Source: Tubulanus polymorphus
Lineage: Eukaryota; Animalia; Nemertea
Direction of reading: 5' to 3'
Assembly: GCF_964204645.1 (NCBI RefSeq)
Contig: NC_134029.1
Span: 14,688,950-14,752,949 of the forward strand
Length of the DNA: 64,000 nucleotides
The position numbers and the translations under genes are program-made. Each line of letters begins with the position of its first letter. Position 1 is the first letter of the stretch. Below the pieces are notes generated by a model. That model searched no databases and was not told where the DNA came from. It worked only from the letters and a program-made list of their open reading frames with translations. Positions 40,350 through 53,062 of the stretch are shown here, piece by piece.

Positions 40350-40697
40350 CTTCGGCCGAAAACAAATGCTGCTGTGCTCATCTTCGGCCGAAAACGTTGG
40401 GTCTTTTCATCTTGAGACCGGTTACTACCGCATCGGTTACTATGCGACCAGGATCTTCCACAAACGACTGTTCTACGGCAGAGTTATAAAGTCTGCCCAT
40501 CTTGGCTCTCAATTCGCTGAGGGTCTTGTCCTGTCTGTGAAGGGTGGAACAAACTATTTTCGAGACCTACCGTTTAAGGGTCTGTGTCGCCTCGTGGAGG
40601 CTAGATAACTGGTCTAGCTCGATACAGTCCATACTAGAAATGATAAATATTTCAAAACATGAGTTGGCTGCAACGACAAGACTAAATGGCGGGAATT

Positions 40698-43202
40698 TTA
40701 TTCATTCAGATACCCCATTTTCTGATGCCTTTGTGCCATTACTAGTCGATCACGAACAATGTTGTGTGACTTAGTGAGGCGGTCAGAGAGGTCCATGCTA
40801 TACTTAGTCCTTGGGTGGTGGTCCTCGGGCAAGCCTACGCTGATGTCGATTGGTAGTGACATTTCCTCGGCGTACATCAAGTAGAACGGCGTTTCAAGAG
40901 TGGAGTGCTGGACGCTTGAACGAAATGCCATCAAACACGCAGTTTTCACCTTTGTCCGAGTGGATGGATTCAGGGCAGCCATAACGGGTGACCCACTCGT
41001 TCACGAGGACATGTGCCACCACGGAGGCCTTTTCCGTGCGGATTGGCGGTGCATCTTGAGCGACTAGAATGTAGACGTTGACCCCATCTCCGGCCAAGAA
41101 CTCCCTAATTTCTGATAATTCGGGGTCATTTACTTGCGCCTCGATTATCTTGTTCCTGGACAAGCCAGTGGAGTGCGCTGTCAAATCGCCTTGATGCTTT
41201 GCAGTCACCTGGTGTATAGATGGACCAGTGTCACCACAAGTTGGGCAGTCCCCATGTGTCCTCCGTCTCTTATGGATGCGAGACAGGGCGTTTGCATTCA
41301 AATGTTTGCTTCCAGCTCGATGTTCGATCACGAAATCATATTCCGACAGGCGTTCAAGCCACCGAGCCACTTGACCCCCAGGGTTTTTGAAGGTTTCTAG
41401 CCACTCGAGTGCTGCGTGTTCTGTGCGAACTTTGAATTTCCTGCCTAATAAATGGTGGCAGAAATGATCAATCATGTCAACCAAGGCCAACATTTCGCGC
41501 CTGGTGGCACAGTAGTTCTCCCCTTCACCTTTCAGCGTGTGGCTACTGTACTCGATAACTCTCTCAGAACCATCGCATTGTAGCTGTGTCAGCACCCCTC
41601 CGATAGCCCAGTTAGAGGCGTCACAGTCCAAATTGAACTCTCCAGCGCCCTCTGAGAAATCTCGGAATGCCAGCATAGGGGAGCTGTTCAGCTTTTCTTT
41701 CAGTCCGTCAAACGCTAGTCCGTCAAACGATGTCCAGACGAATGGTTCATTTTTCCTCGTAAGACGGTGTAGCGGGGCTGTCAAGTCGGCGAAATCCTTG
41801 ATGAATTGCGAGTAATATGTCACAAGACCACAAGGAAACTACGCAGTTCGGTAACTGACGTCGGGGTCGGCCAATCTCTTGACTCTATCGCATTTGGCAC
41901 CGTCGGGATTATCGGGACCTGCCAGTATCCGCTGGTCAAATCGAGGGACGAGAACCAGGTTGCGCCAGATAAAGCCTCTAGGGTACTGTCTATTCTACCT
42001 AACGGGTGAGCGTCTTTGACTGTCGGGTCATTGAGTCGGCGGTAATCGCAGCATAGACGCAGGGAACCATCGGCCTTTTTCGCTAGAACTATTGGGCTTG
42101 ACCACGGGCTGGTGGATGGCCGGATCAAGTCTTGTTCTAAAAGCTCCTTGGTCGTCCCCTCAACAAAAGCTCTCCTACCAGGGGGTAGCCGACGGGGATG
42201 TTGTTTTATAGGTGGGTGGTAACCGGTGTCAATCTCGAATTCAAGCGAATCTGTTCGACCGATGTCAAAGTCTCCCATCGAGAATACTGACTTGTTCTCC
42301 CGCATGATGTCAACAAGCTGTGTTTTCATGTCAGTGGGGATTTCAAGCTGGTCGATTTTCAATTCTCTCAAGAGGTCCTTGAATTCAGTATTGTCACCAC
42401 CCTACAGCTGGATTTTTGGAGTTGACGGGTTTTGAGCATGGTCGTCGACAGTCATGATGTCAACTGACTGTAGGGGGCAGAATAGACCAATAGTCTGGCC
42501 CCTGTCGACTCTACAAGCCTCATCCGAGAAGTAAGGTTGCCGAAACGGTATCTGCTTTGCCTCCGGTACCACCAGCGTTTTCCCAGTGCAGACATTATTC
42601 CGTCCACAGCTGCTGATCATCCCTGAGGTCGAATTATTATGAGCATAACTCCGTTTCATGTATCCATTTACCACCACCTCAGATCCAGCTGGAATGATTT
42701 GGCTCTTACCGATGAACACCCTGCAAGCACTCGCGCGTTTAGGGCTCTGGCGGACAGGCACCTCGCTGAGGCTTCCGAAGCAGAGCACTTTGTTACGGTA
42801 GTCTATGTTGCAGCCATATATCTCGAAGAAATCACATCCGAGTAAGCAGTCTTGGGCCAAATCCTCGCTGACGATCATGGGGACATGAAATTCTTAACTT
42901 CCAACTCTCAAACATACCACAGCTAACCCACGTAACTCCATTGGCCGACCGGTAGCTGTTGTCACGAGTCCTTCGATTGGCCTCAGTGCAGCGGCTTCAC
43001 CCGTTGGGCTACTAGAGTCCCATACTGAACCTCTAATGATGGTACAGGAGGCACCAGTGTCCAGGAGTACCGCTTTCGAACGGTCATTTACTATGGCATC
43101 ACAGAAAAGGCCCGAGGCGTGGAGCCTCACTGTTCCGATGTTTGTAACGAAGCTCGTCTGGGCTGGTTCTGTTCCTGTTGTTTGAACATTGGTGTCGCGC
43201 AA
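40698..43202 (-). pseudogene. pol remnants of gypsy element 1: protease, RT, RNase H, integrase
   Basis: VLLDTGAS; PSTSPWSSPIVL, DYRRLN, SLDLTSGYWQV; LDCDASNWAIGGVL, NYCATRRE; YGCPESIHSD. RT core and parts of integrase and gag are deleted. Confidence 0.95.
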
Positions 43203-44338
43203 CTTGTGACAAATGTTTTCCGTGGCCGGACTGGGAGCCTCACTGTTCTCCGAAGGGTCACATCGATTTTCTTCTATACTTTGGGTATGTTGTGGTGGCC
43301 TAAGAGTGATGGTTCTAGTATGGGTGGTGACATAGGCCTAGATAAGGCCAAGGGCTCACACATATCATTCTCAACATCTGACATAATTACTATTCTTTTA
43401 TATAAATGACACAGAAAATACATGACCGCAAATAGATTTAGGGGAAACAGGCACTTAAATCATACTAAATATGACCTAGGAATTACGAAGTAGGTAACAA
43501 GTACGTAAAGTACACCGTAATTTACACAGCCTTAATGGAGAAAAAGGTGTTCACCGCTTCAACTCAATTTCAACTGGTTTTTTCACAATCAAATCCCACC
43601 GCTGCCACCTGATGTAAGGAGGTCCTATTCTGCCTGTTCTACAGTAGAAGTTTCCTCCAAATATCGACTCTGAGAGCCCAAAAACCAGTAAAATGGCGGA
43701 CAAAAGATATTAACACAATCACCTATTGTTCTGTATTTTTCAAGAGAAGAGAGGGCAGCACCCTCCAGTTACAACATACAAGACGACTGATGGACATATT
43801 CCATCACAAAGTGATACCGTATCACATACGGTACAGGTATGCTAGCTTGCCAATTTGTACCGTATGCCATACGGTAGTGGTATTGTAAGGGTTAAGTTAG
43901 CTGTTATGATGGGAGCTAAAGTGGCGACTGCTTTTGAAGGCTATTGATGAAGCCTTAATTTGGTAAAATTCTTCAATTCAATATTGTTTTTTTGAAATAA
44001 TTTCAGAAAATCTAATTAATTTGATTCAATTTTTTTATTTTGCATTCAAATCAATAAGACCATGGGAAAAGATTGATCCCTTTTTCAACTTCACATTCTC
44101 TACATTACTCTCACTCCAGGAGGGGTATTCTTTGCGTATGTCTAGGTCCAACTGTTGTATTGATTGTTCTGCCTTGGTTAATTGAGACGTGATGATATAC
44201 ACTACAATCATCACAGTTGAACATGCTTACTACTCAGTGGTGTGCATGAAGGTTTAATCTTTATGCGTTATTGCAAATCCGTGAACAAATCAATATTTTG
44301 CTCCAAAGTAAATTGTACTCCTTTATTTATTATTTCAG

Positions 44339-44567
44339 GATTGGCAACACACTCAGTTTCTTCACATATACCAGGAAAAAATGATCCGGGTGATGGCAAA
44401 GAACACAACTCATAGTGACGGTCGCGCTGGTCCATTGGAAGGTTTTATTGACTTACGAGGCATCACAAGATTTGAAGAGGGATTCTATTTGGTAGTAATT
44501 GAGAAGATGAACAATGGCAGTTCTGTTCTTCATATGTGGCACCTTATTATATCCTCATATCCTAGTG
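44339..44567 (+). CDS. DMXL: DMXL internal exon
   Basis: tttcag acceptor, gttagt donor. DWQHTQFLHIYQE...FYLVVIEK...SVLHMWHL. Phase 0 to 1. Confidence 0.93.
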
Positions 44568-45120
44568 GTTAGTTTTTCTATGTTTGACCTATCCTTTAGT
44601 TGCCCAAAGGAGCTGTTGCAGTCACTTTTCATCCATTCATACATGAGTAAAGTTGAAATCCAAGTTATTAAAGTATCAAAATGGTTCTAGGATTCATTAG
44701 GGTATTCAATTAATCAATTACATAACCCTTGTATGGTTTGTACCAGAACAATTTGGGTTATCATTCTTGTGTAGCTAAATCACTGTTCAATTGTGCAGGC
44801 ATGACAAGAGTTGGGGATTTATAGCATTGTTGGATGTTCAGGGTGAAAAAAAAATTGACGGAAAAAACTTTGGTACGAATATGCGAATGAATACATAGTC
44901 CTTATTTAACTATAAAACAAGGTAGAACTTGTGATCAGAATTGTGAAGTACGTCCTGTTCATGGTGATCATGCCTCTATCATATTTCATGGAAAAAGCCA
45001 GACAATTATATCCGTGCTAAGCTACATTTACCCCAAGCAGCCCTGGGTCCCTTGTCTGTTTTGTGTAATTGTCTGGAACTTCTATTTTTCCGACGATGTC
45101 TTAATGGACATGGACTTCTT

Positions 45121-45228
45121 GACCCAGTTCCACAGTCATGAGTTAGAGTTAACTTTGAGTTAAAGTTACTTCATTTTCAATGAGTTAACCCAGAGTCAAA
45201 TCTTAACTCACAACTGTGGAACTGGACC
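45121..45228. mobile_element. 108-bp Harbinger-type MITE
   Basis: TIR core CCAGTTCCACAG, CTT on both flanks, internal GAGTTA repeats. Confidence 0.7.
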
Positions 45229-45375
45229 CTTGTTGGAAATAATGACCTTAAACTTGCCTTCCAAATAGCCTGGCATGGCCTGAAGTTCACAAGTTAGCCA
45301 TTTCACCTACTCGTTGATTGCATATATCCTTTTCGTGTTGTACTGAAATTTCAGCCTACATTTTATGTTCTTCAG

Positions 45376-45470
45376 AATGGGAAAATTCCAGTGATGAATG
45401 TCAAGATGAGTTTGGGAAACTTTTTGATGATAGTCGAAATGATGTCAGACTCAGAATTCGCACAGATAAG
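45376..45470 (+). CDS. DMXL: DMXL internal exon (not in the ORF track)
   Basis: cttcag acceptor, gttagt donor. (E)WENSSDECQ...LRIRTDK. Phase 1 to 0 joins VCTQPL of the next exon. Confidence 0.8.
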
Positions 45471-45561
45471 GTTAGTAGGAACTGAATTTCACTCACTTGG
45501 TGTATTACTACCCCAATAGCACTCCACTATGAAAGTAATGGAATCCACTATGTAGTGGCTA

Positions 45562-47139
45562 CAGGGATGAAGATCTTCCGCGGAAACGCAGATTTCCGCT
45601 GTTGGAGGTAAATTTTTATTGGCGAACCGTTGGTTTGCCTATGCAAACGGTCTGATCAAGCAGTTTTCATTGAAAATGAATAGAGTAGCGGTGTCTCAAC
45701 AAGGCACAAACATTGGCTATTGAACCAATAGTGTTGATTTTTGGTGTCATGGTTTGGCTTAATGAGTTCTCAAGCCCACAAAAATTTCATATTGATCGAG
45801 TTATTTTTAGGGGACTTATTCTTGAAAAACACGCAAAAACCCTGCTTTTTAGCACGAAGTAATGACACGTTTTTACATATGACAATTTGCATGCTTGGAA
45901 TTGAAATATAAAAAAGTTCAATCCTTCCTGGAAGTGTAGCCGTTTTTAGTTCAACTGATCTCAATGTACTTTTCGACCAACAGGCCCTCACTTTATAAAC
46001 CCCCTTAATTTCCTCGCTTCTATTTATTTGAGTTAACCTTGTTACCTGACCTACAATGAATGTGATTGGCTGTTTGTGGGATATACAGGAAATTCTGGGA
46101 ATTTCGGCGTCTCTGATGTAATTGGGGAAGCCCATTGGGAAATTTTATTCGACTAGGTATCGTACCTTTGCTTATAGTTTGTTCGTTATCACGATTATAA
46201 GCGAGTAGGCTATTTAACTCAGTATCTGAACTAGCAAGTATGACAATACCAATGGCAGGGTTCGTAGCGGGTCTTATTTGTATATTTAAGAAAAAAATCA
46301 TAGCCGGTATTTGTTTTGATTTCTAGAAAAAAGTCTATATGTTTGTATTTTTTTGACATTTTGTGGATGGATGTATTCTGACGTGTGAAATTGCAATACG
46401 GGTATCAACAGTCAGCCGCGTGTGTGCGAATATAGGTTACAGTATATGGCTGTGTGTGTTAGTAATCACCTGAGCGAGTGTATGTATAGCACAGTGACTC
46501 GGCAATGATAGATTACACAGCACTCTCACACATCCTCTGGTGCATATTGTCAGCCTCATACATCTTCAATCGAAATGTTGATTTATATTTAGTATACTAT
46601 TTTTGACAATATATACACTCAATGATTTAATGGTGAGCCACGGGCCATTGGACCTTTATCATTCTTGAGATTGATGTAGATCCGTGGAGGGGGAGGGTAT
46701 TCAGGCACAATGCACTTGTCTTGACTGATGGATTATAGATAAGGGCTCCTCTTGGGACTCTACTATTTATTGACAAGTTCATTTAAATATTTTCTAGCGA
46801 TTTGGATGTTGTTGGAGCCATCCTTTTCATGTACTAAAAACATAAACAATGAACGATCAACCACATGGTATTAGTCTTATTTTGTCACTGGAAAATGGGC
46901 CTTAGATGCCCCAAAAAGTCTTATAAATTTCAAATTTTGATACTTTTATTTCAAATCTTTCCGCGGTTTTAAAACGCCTCTGTTTTCATCAGTGTTTTCA
47001 ATGAGAAATTAACAAGCCAGGTCCCTTTGAAAAACAGAAGGGTCCCAAAATATGTCACAGTCCCTGAAACGAAAGCTGGTTTGAAAAAACAGACGGACCT
47101 GGGACCTGGCTCTTATTGAAAACACTGTTTTCGTCCCTG
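45562..47139. mobile_element. hAT-like element with 6-bp TSD; right TIR split by a MITE
   Basis: CAGGGATGAA at left, TTTTCAT[insert]CCCTG at right. Flanks TGGCTA and TTGCTA. TTCCGCGG subterminal motif at both ends. Confidence 0.65.
46990..47127. mobile_element. 138-bp MITE with 7-bp TSD
   Basis: TIR CAGTGTTTTCAAT, flanks TTTTCAT and TTTTCGT. Confidence 0.75.
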
Positions 47140-48361
47140 TTGCTATTACCACATTTTGCGGCCAATAAGTCGGCCTTCTAGCTTCAGATTTTTACCCCAA
47201 AATATCATGATCGGCTTTTTGAACGGATACGATTTGGCCTAGAAATTACTTCCCAATCTACGTACTCTCATGCTCGCAAAGATCCTCAAAATCAAGAAGA
47301 GTTGTTCATGTTTATTTGAGGTCATTATTATAACCAATAATCTATTTTGTTACTTCTTTCATCGCCTTACAGCAGGATAATACATTTTTATGTCAGCGCG
47401 TTAGCAGTGAGCCACGTGTGTCTGCAAATACATTTATGTATATGCGTATGTAGCGGTTGTAGTGTAAACATAAAAAAAATAGTAATTCAGGTAGTGACTG
47501 CTGTTGTCCATAGGTAGCGTAGTCGTAGTCACTCTGCTGTGCCGGGGCGCTCGCTACACGGGTCCGCCTGGGTCGACCGCACTCGGGTAGTGAATACGGC
47601 AAGGAGACTCTTGTCTTCCCCAGGAAAGTAAATGATATAAAATATGTAGAATCGGTTCCTCTATTAAAAAATGTCGCTAAAAAAGGGCGCTTAAGCAGTA
47701 CGCTCTCCTCCAAACAGTCGCCTCCCTACTCCACGTAGCCTTAATCTGTGTGGCCAATACAGACCCCCCAACCCGCTCTCCTCAGAGTAATCCGCTTTAG
47801 GGGCTTTCCTCGGACGAAACTCGCAGTGTTGATTACTCGGCGGATATGGCTACCCCCATTCCAAGTGCCCTCTCGCACATAGCTGTCCCCCGTCATCTCA
47901 GGAGCTAATTGCGACTCATGCCAGATCTGTCAAACTAGTCGTATGCATAAGTGTTGTCCGTAGCGACGGTCAATAGGGGAACGATCCTCACGTAGAACTA
48001 AATGGGTTCGATGCAGCAGGAAAACAAACAGAAATCCTCGTCCTTCCTTCCAGTGCCGGCGAATCAAATAAACGCAAGATTCGAAGTTTGATTGGAATGT
48101 AGTGCGAATTATTAAATATATATATTTTCTTATAATACATAATACAAGTTCATCGTTCTTGATGCCAAGGGGACATCATGTCCACACGCAAAACACCTTG
48201 ATTATTTACATTTCGATATATAAAAAGAATGTGCCCTTCATGGCTTGCAATGCCTTGGTACAGTCAATGTACGGTAGCATACAAAGGAGACGACCGAACG
48301 TCAAATAGAAGCGGTGGCGCGGCGGACTCCGGTGTGTATCTAATATAACTTAGGTCTCAGT

Positions 48362-48802
48362 AAACGAGCGTCGAAGCTAATCAACGATTAAGATGTTAAC
48401 GACGGAGCGTCAAGTAGTTAACGACGAGCGTTGTCGTTAATCAACGATAAGAATTATACGACGGAGCGTCAAATAGTCAACGACGAGCGTTGTCTTCAAT
48501 CAACGATAAGAATTATACGACGGAGCGTCAAATAGTTAACGACGAGCGTGGTCGTTAATCAACGATAGGAATTATACGACGGAGCGTCAAATAGTTAACG
48601 ACGAGCGTTGTCTTCAATCAACGATAAGAATTATACGACGGAGCGTCAAATAGTTAACGACGAGCGTTGTCTTCAATCAACGATAAGAATTATACGACGG
48701 AGCGTCAAATAGTTAACGACGAGCGTTGTCTTCAATCAACGATAAGAATTACACGACGGAACGTCAAATAGTTAACGACGAGCGTTGTCGTTAATCAACG
48801 AC
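48362..48802. repeat. 59-bp minisatellite (about 7.5 copies), probably a subterminal transposon array
   Basis: Unit ACGACGGAGCGTCAAATAGTTAACGACGAGCGTTGTCTTCAATCAACGATAAGAATTAT, preceded by CCGGTGTGTA at 48329. Confidence 0.92.
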
Positions 48803-48819
48803 TGCGCGCCAAATTCAAA

Positions 48820-49777
48820 ATGTCGGTGACGCGAACTCAAAGAGTCGAAATTCAGAGGCGACGTCAAGAAGATGAAACGACCGCGCGTTCGTTCGAAAAA
48901 GGAGTTACTGAATACAGGTGATTTTCATGGTCAGCAGAAACGACATCTCGGAGTAAAATTACGGAAATAGCACAGAAGATATACCATACTATTATTATTA
49001 CTATTACTAATTACAGCGACGAGAGCGTTAAGTTGGCATCGTCAGAGGATTGAATTTAAACAGACGATGAACTGACGGAGAATTTACAATATTTACAGGA
49101 TTGTAAGTGACGAGTTTATCGGCAGCCCATGGCCGACGACTACACGACCCCCGGGTGCGTCGGCACTCGGGACTCACTGAGGGCGGGATGTCAAAAACCA
49201 CTGAAGCGATCCCGGGGTCAGACGACCCGGAGGCCCGTGTCTTAATTAGAGAGTAAAATTGTCTTCTTACATGATCTGTACGATTTACAGCGTCCGATTC
49301 GTAAAACGGTGAAGAGGCAGCAAGAAGAGTTTCTAATGTGGCTCTGCCAGAGCCAAGTTGCCAAAGAGCGTGATTGCGCCAAATTTATAGTTTTAATGCG
49401 GTCAACGCACGCGGTGATTGGTCAAGCGTGACGAGCAGTGATACGATCCGCGGACAAAGTAGAGCACGCGAAATCATTCGACCGTGACGAATGATAAAAC
49501 CCTAAATAAAGACTTCATACGCGAGAAATAGAATTAAGTTCTATAATATTTTAAGATTAACGCGAAAAATGACGACTATAAGACCGATACGGAGATATTT
49601 ACTAAAAATAAACCGGAGTCAACCGCACCACCGCGAAAACGCTCACACGGAAGTGAGGCGGCGCCAGCGAACGGCGTCGTAAAAACGAGCGTAAACACGA
49701 GCAGGGCTGGAGAATTCTCCGGCGACGAGACGGAACCAAAACGGCCCAAAATCAAAGAAGTTGGGTCTCGAATATAA
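48820..49777 (+). pseudogene. Candidate decayed spliced gene of unknown family (transposon cargo or accessory gene)
   Basis: CAAAATG start. Putative exons 48820-48917, 49017-49102, from 49291, and 49556-49777 with AG/GT borders. Acidic stretch, PPRKRS and PKRPK motifs, in-frame stops. Confidence 0.35.
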
Positions 49778-50261
49778 AAAGGAGAACACACACTAATAGG
49801 TAGGTGGAGGATAAAAGAATGGCCTGGACAGGCGCCGAAAAATCGCTAATGTCACCGCGATGTGGCGTGGCCAACACCGCGGGGGCCTGCCCAGGTCGTG
49901 AAATTGGAATCTGACAGGACTGCCAAAAATCTGTCAGATTGAAATTGAGCCGAAAAGATCCCGAAACATCGCCGCAGAACACCCAGCCCCGTCCCAGAAT
50001 ACGTACATCTAAAAAGAAACAATGAGAAAAGAACGGCTTAAGGCCATTCCGAAATACATAATATAATTTCACCAAAGACCGACATTTTGTGGTCAAACCC
50101 ACCCCAGATATTGACAATTTTCGCCACACGTACCAGTGGATGACACGCCATCTGTGTACATAGGTTACAATATATGTCTAGGCAGCCATCATGCTATTTT
50201 TAGCCCACTTGAGACTTATTCGGCTACATAAACTTTTACTAGGTTTTGTTGTCCCTCATTG

Positions 50262-50747
50262 TTTTTAGCCCACTTGGGACTTTAGTCCCAGCGGGCTATT
50301 GCCTTCACTTTTTGTCCGTCGTCCGTCCGTTCGTCCATCCGTCCGTAGACGAAATCCCGTTATTTTGGGAAGTTTTGAAGACGCTTCAATGTAATGTCTT
50401 GATATTTGGTTTATGCATGTATCTACCCTAGACACATCTTCAGCCCAAAAACTGGCCCTGTCAGACGACAATGAATTAGAGAGTAGTAGCGTATAACGTT
50501 TTCTATGATTGTGGTGAGTTTCAAGTTCATTGGCTTTTGTATATGGCCACCTGGGGGTGTTGAATAATACAATTTCTTTCTATTTCTATATTATATTTGT
50601 ACCAATACATATTTAGTTACCACAATCAATTGCAAAGTTGTAGCTCATTACATCGTCTATGATTGTGGTGAGTTTTAAGGAAATAAGTTTTATGGTCACC
50701 AGGGGGCAGTGAATAGTAGAATAACCTAGTATTTCCTTATTATATTG
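50262..50747 (+). mobile_element. HINE family A, 5' half
   Basis: Same 5' end as 16513. Breaks off inside a tandem unit at TTATATTG. Confidence 0.85.
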
Positions 50748-51884
50748 AGCTATAAATCGGATCCGCATTTGAAACTAAAAGAATACCGGCATCGATTATA
50801 ATGATTTCTTTGTTAGTTACCTCAGGTGCCAACACTGGACCGGTACTTAGTTTAAAAATGCATTTACATAGTAGTTTATACTAGACTTATAATTAGTTAA
50901 CAGCAGAAATTTATAATAAATGTGTATATACATAGTAATCAAGTTATATCCAGTCAGGCGTATTCTATCCGACAGCGCCAGGTGCCTTCAGAAAATAATG
51001 TTCCGCGGTCCCTTTCTCTATTGTCTTTTTCCTCTATTATAAACCCCGGTCCCTGGCAATAAAGTCGACCACGAACACAGAAACCCGAAAACCAAAGAAT
51101 GAAAAGGATCTCCAAATCACAATATGATGATATTCAACTTTTATTCTAACAATTTAAACATAACTTCAATTTCAACAATTTATGTAAATCCCTCACACAA
51201 GAAGATACAGTTTTACCGGATAGCCGAAAGTAATCTGTTCTATATTCTTCTAATGCTTCCCTTGAAAATGCTCTCTTAAATAGTCTGCTCTCTCTCGAGG
51301 TGTGGCCCCTTTTATACGGCTGAGTCCACACCCAAGAAAAATCCAGAACCCTGCTTGCGGCCAGCTGTAAAAGGGAACGAGCAACCAACGCAGCACCACA
51401 ACGCAGAGCTGGGATCCTGATTCTTAGTCTTTTCATTCGCTGCTAACTTTAACCCGACCCTCGACGTCATGATACCTCCCGGTCTGCTCTCCTTCTCAAC
51501 CGCACCAAAGAGATTACATACTATTTTTCCAACCCTCAAATTCATTTATTTTAACTTATCCAATGATCACAAATCCCATAATGAACGGTATTTAATTTTG
51601 TGTAAATTGTAATATACAATATAACCCCAAATATCATCTTTCTTATTTATGTTCTTTATCATAATTAGTACATTCAAATTTAAACACACAAACTATTATT
51701 AATTAAGATAATAAAACTCTTTAATATTACTCTTTAATATTACTCCTTAGTGATCGATTTATCAGACTAAGGGTCAGCAAGTGTTTCATGAGTATTGTTG
51801 TGTTGATCTCCTCTCTCTTTTACTTCGGGTACCGAGTATCAAGTGGATTAAACCCTTAGAGGACAAACGATTAACTTCGATTTA

Positions 51885-52464
51885 CCGTAAAAACCGGCGT
51901 ATAAGTCGAGTTTTTAACCCTTGATTTTACCACTGAATTATTGACCTCGACTTATACGCCGAGTACAGTTTTCTACGAAGTATTTTCGATCACAAGAAAT
52001 ATTGATTCTACCAGACAAAAAAGACTATAACAGTGCTATAACAGTTTGAATAATTATTCATGATAAATAAAGTTATTTAATGAAAAAAACTTCTTTCATT
52101 TTGACACTGCTTCATTTAAAACGATGTATTCATATATGCGCGCTCATAGCAGCGCTTAATACATTAGGCTATATATAGCATGTGAGTCACACTACTGTAT
52201 CACTGTATGGTAGTGTATTATACCTGAGTGTGTGTAACAGTCTATTGATTAACACACAGCAGCAATCAGGCTGACGCGTGGCGGCGTGCGTGAAGGCACA
52301 CATCGTTATCAAAACAAACTATTCAATACAATGATACTAGTAATTATTCTTCTAAGAGAAGGGACTCGACTTATAAGTCGGATATATGTTAAAATCATAA
52401 AATGTAGGTCTAAAAATCGACCTCGACTTATACGCCGCGTAGACTTATACGCCGGTTTTTACGG
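51885..52464. mobile_element. Tc1/mariner-pogo-type MITE inside the 3' LTR
   Basis: TA TSD, 23-bp TIR CCGTAAAAACCGGCGTATAAGTC. The empty site is visible in the other LTR. Confidence 0.93.
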
Positions 52465-53062
52465 TAACATATCTTTATTTTTCCGTCTCAAACACGCTTC
52501 TCTATGGCTTCCACACTCCCTCTACAAAATCACGTGACCCTCACACAATCAATATTACTATATAACATCCCTTTTGTTTAGATTTAAAAAAAAAATATTT
52601 TCTTTACAAAAATTAATTTTTTCCTTTTATCAATTTACAGACTAATTTTACTTTCTGATACAACCATCATAACAACACACAGTATCCCAGTCTGAAAAAT
52701 AATCTCTTCAGTTTTGTTCCCCGGCAACTGGTACAAACTGACGCTCACTAGATAGAATAGTCCATCATTAGATGGAAATCTAAATGCATTATAAAATCTT
52801 CAACAATATTTGAAGAGTACCTTTATCATGGCACTAAATCCTTTTACACTACAGATTGCATGACATAATGCACCACTTATTTAGTAGTTCTGACATATTC
52901 AGATCAACATACAATCTGCCTATTCCACTGAAACAAAAGAAATATTAAACTCTGACAAAAGCTCGAATCATCAAAGATGAAGCTCATAGTCTCACACCTG
53001 AAAACTAACCATAATGTAACATAATCTACAAAGTATTTCATAAACCTAGCTTATGAAAGATA

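Larger units (their letters stand above)
39043..43808 (-). mobile_element. Ty3/gypsy LTR retrotransposon 1 (internally deleted)
   Basis: LTRs 39043-39237 and 43613-43808 (TG...CA; 8 substitutions and 1 indel by eye). TSD AAGT. PBS matches the tRNA-Leu 3' end (ATCCCACCGCTGCCACC, ~43593-43609). PPT GAAGGGGGATGG. Confidence 0.97.
38121..43891 (-). mobile_element. Internally deleted piggyBac-type element, interrupted by gypsy element 1
   Basis: TTAA TSD (38117-20 and 43892-95), TIR CCCTTWCAATACCACT. Decayed D/E/S-rich coding remnant on the minus strand at ~38760-38975, like a piggyBac transposase N-terminus. Confidence 0.8.

Noticed and set aside
43940-43985. Third hammerhead (TTGATGAAGCC...GGTAAAA)
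   Set aside because: Both core boxes deviate from CUGANGA and GAAA; too degenerate.
48362-48802. CRISPR-like 59-bp array
   Set aside because: The whole unit repeats, with no spacers.
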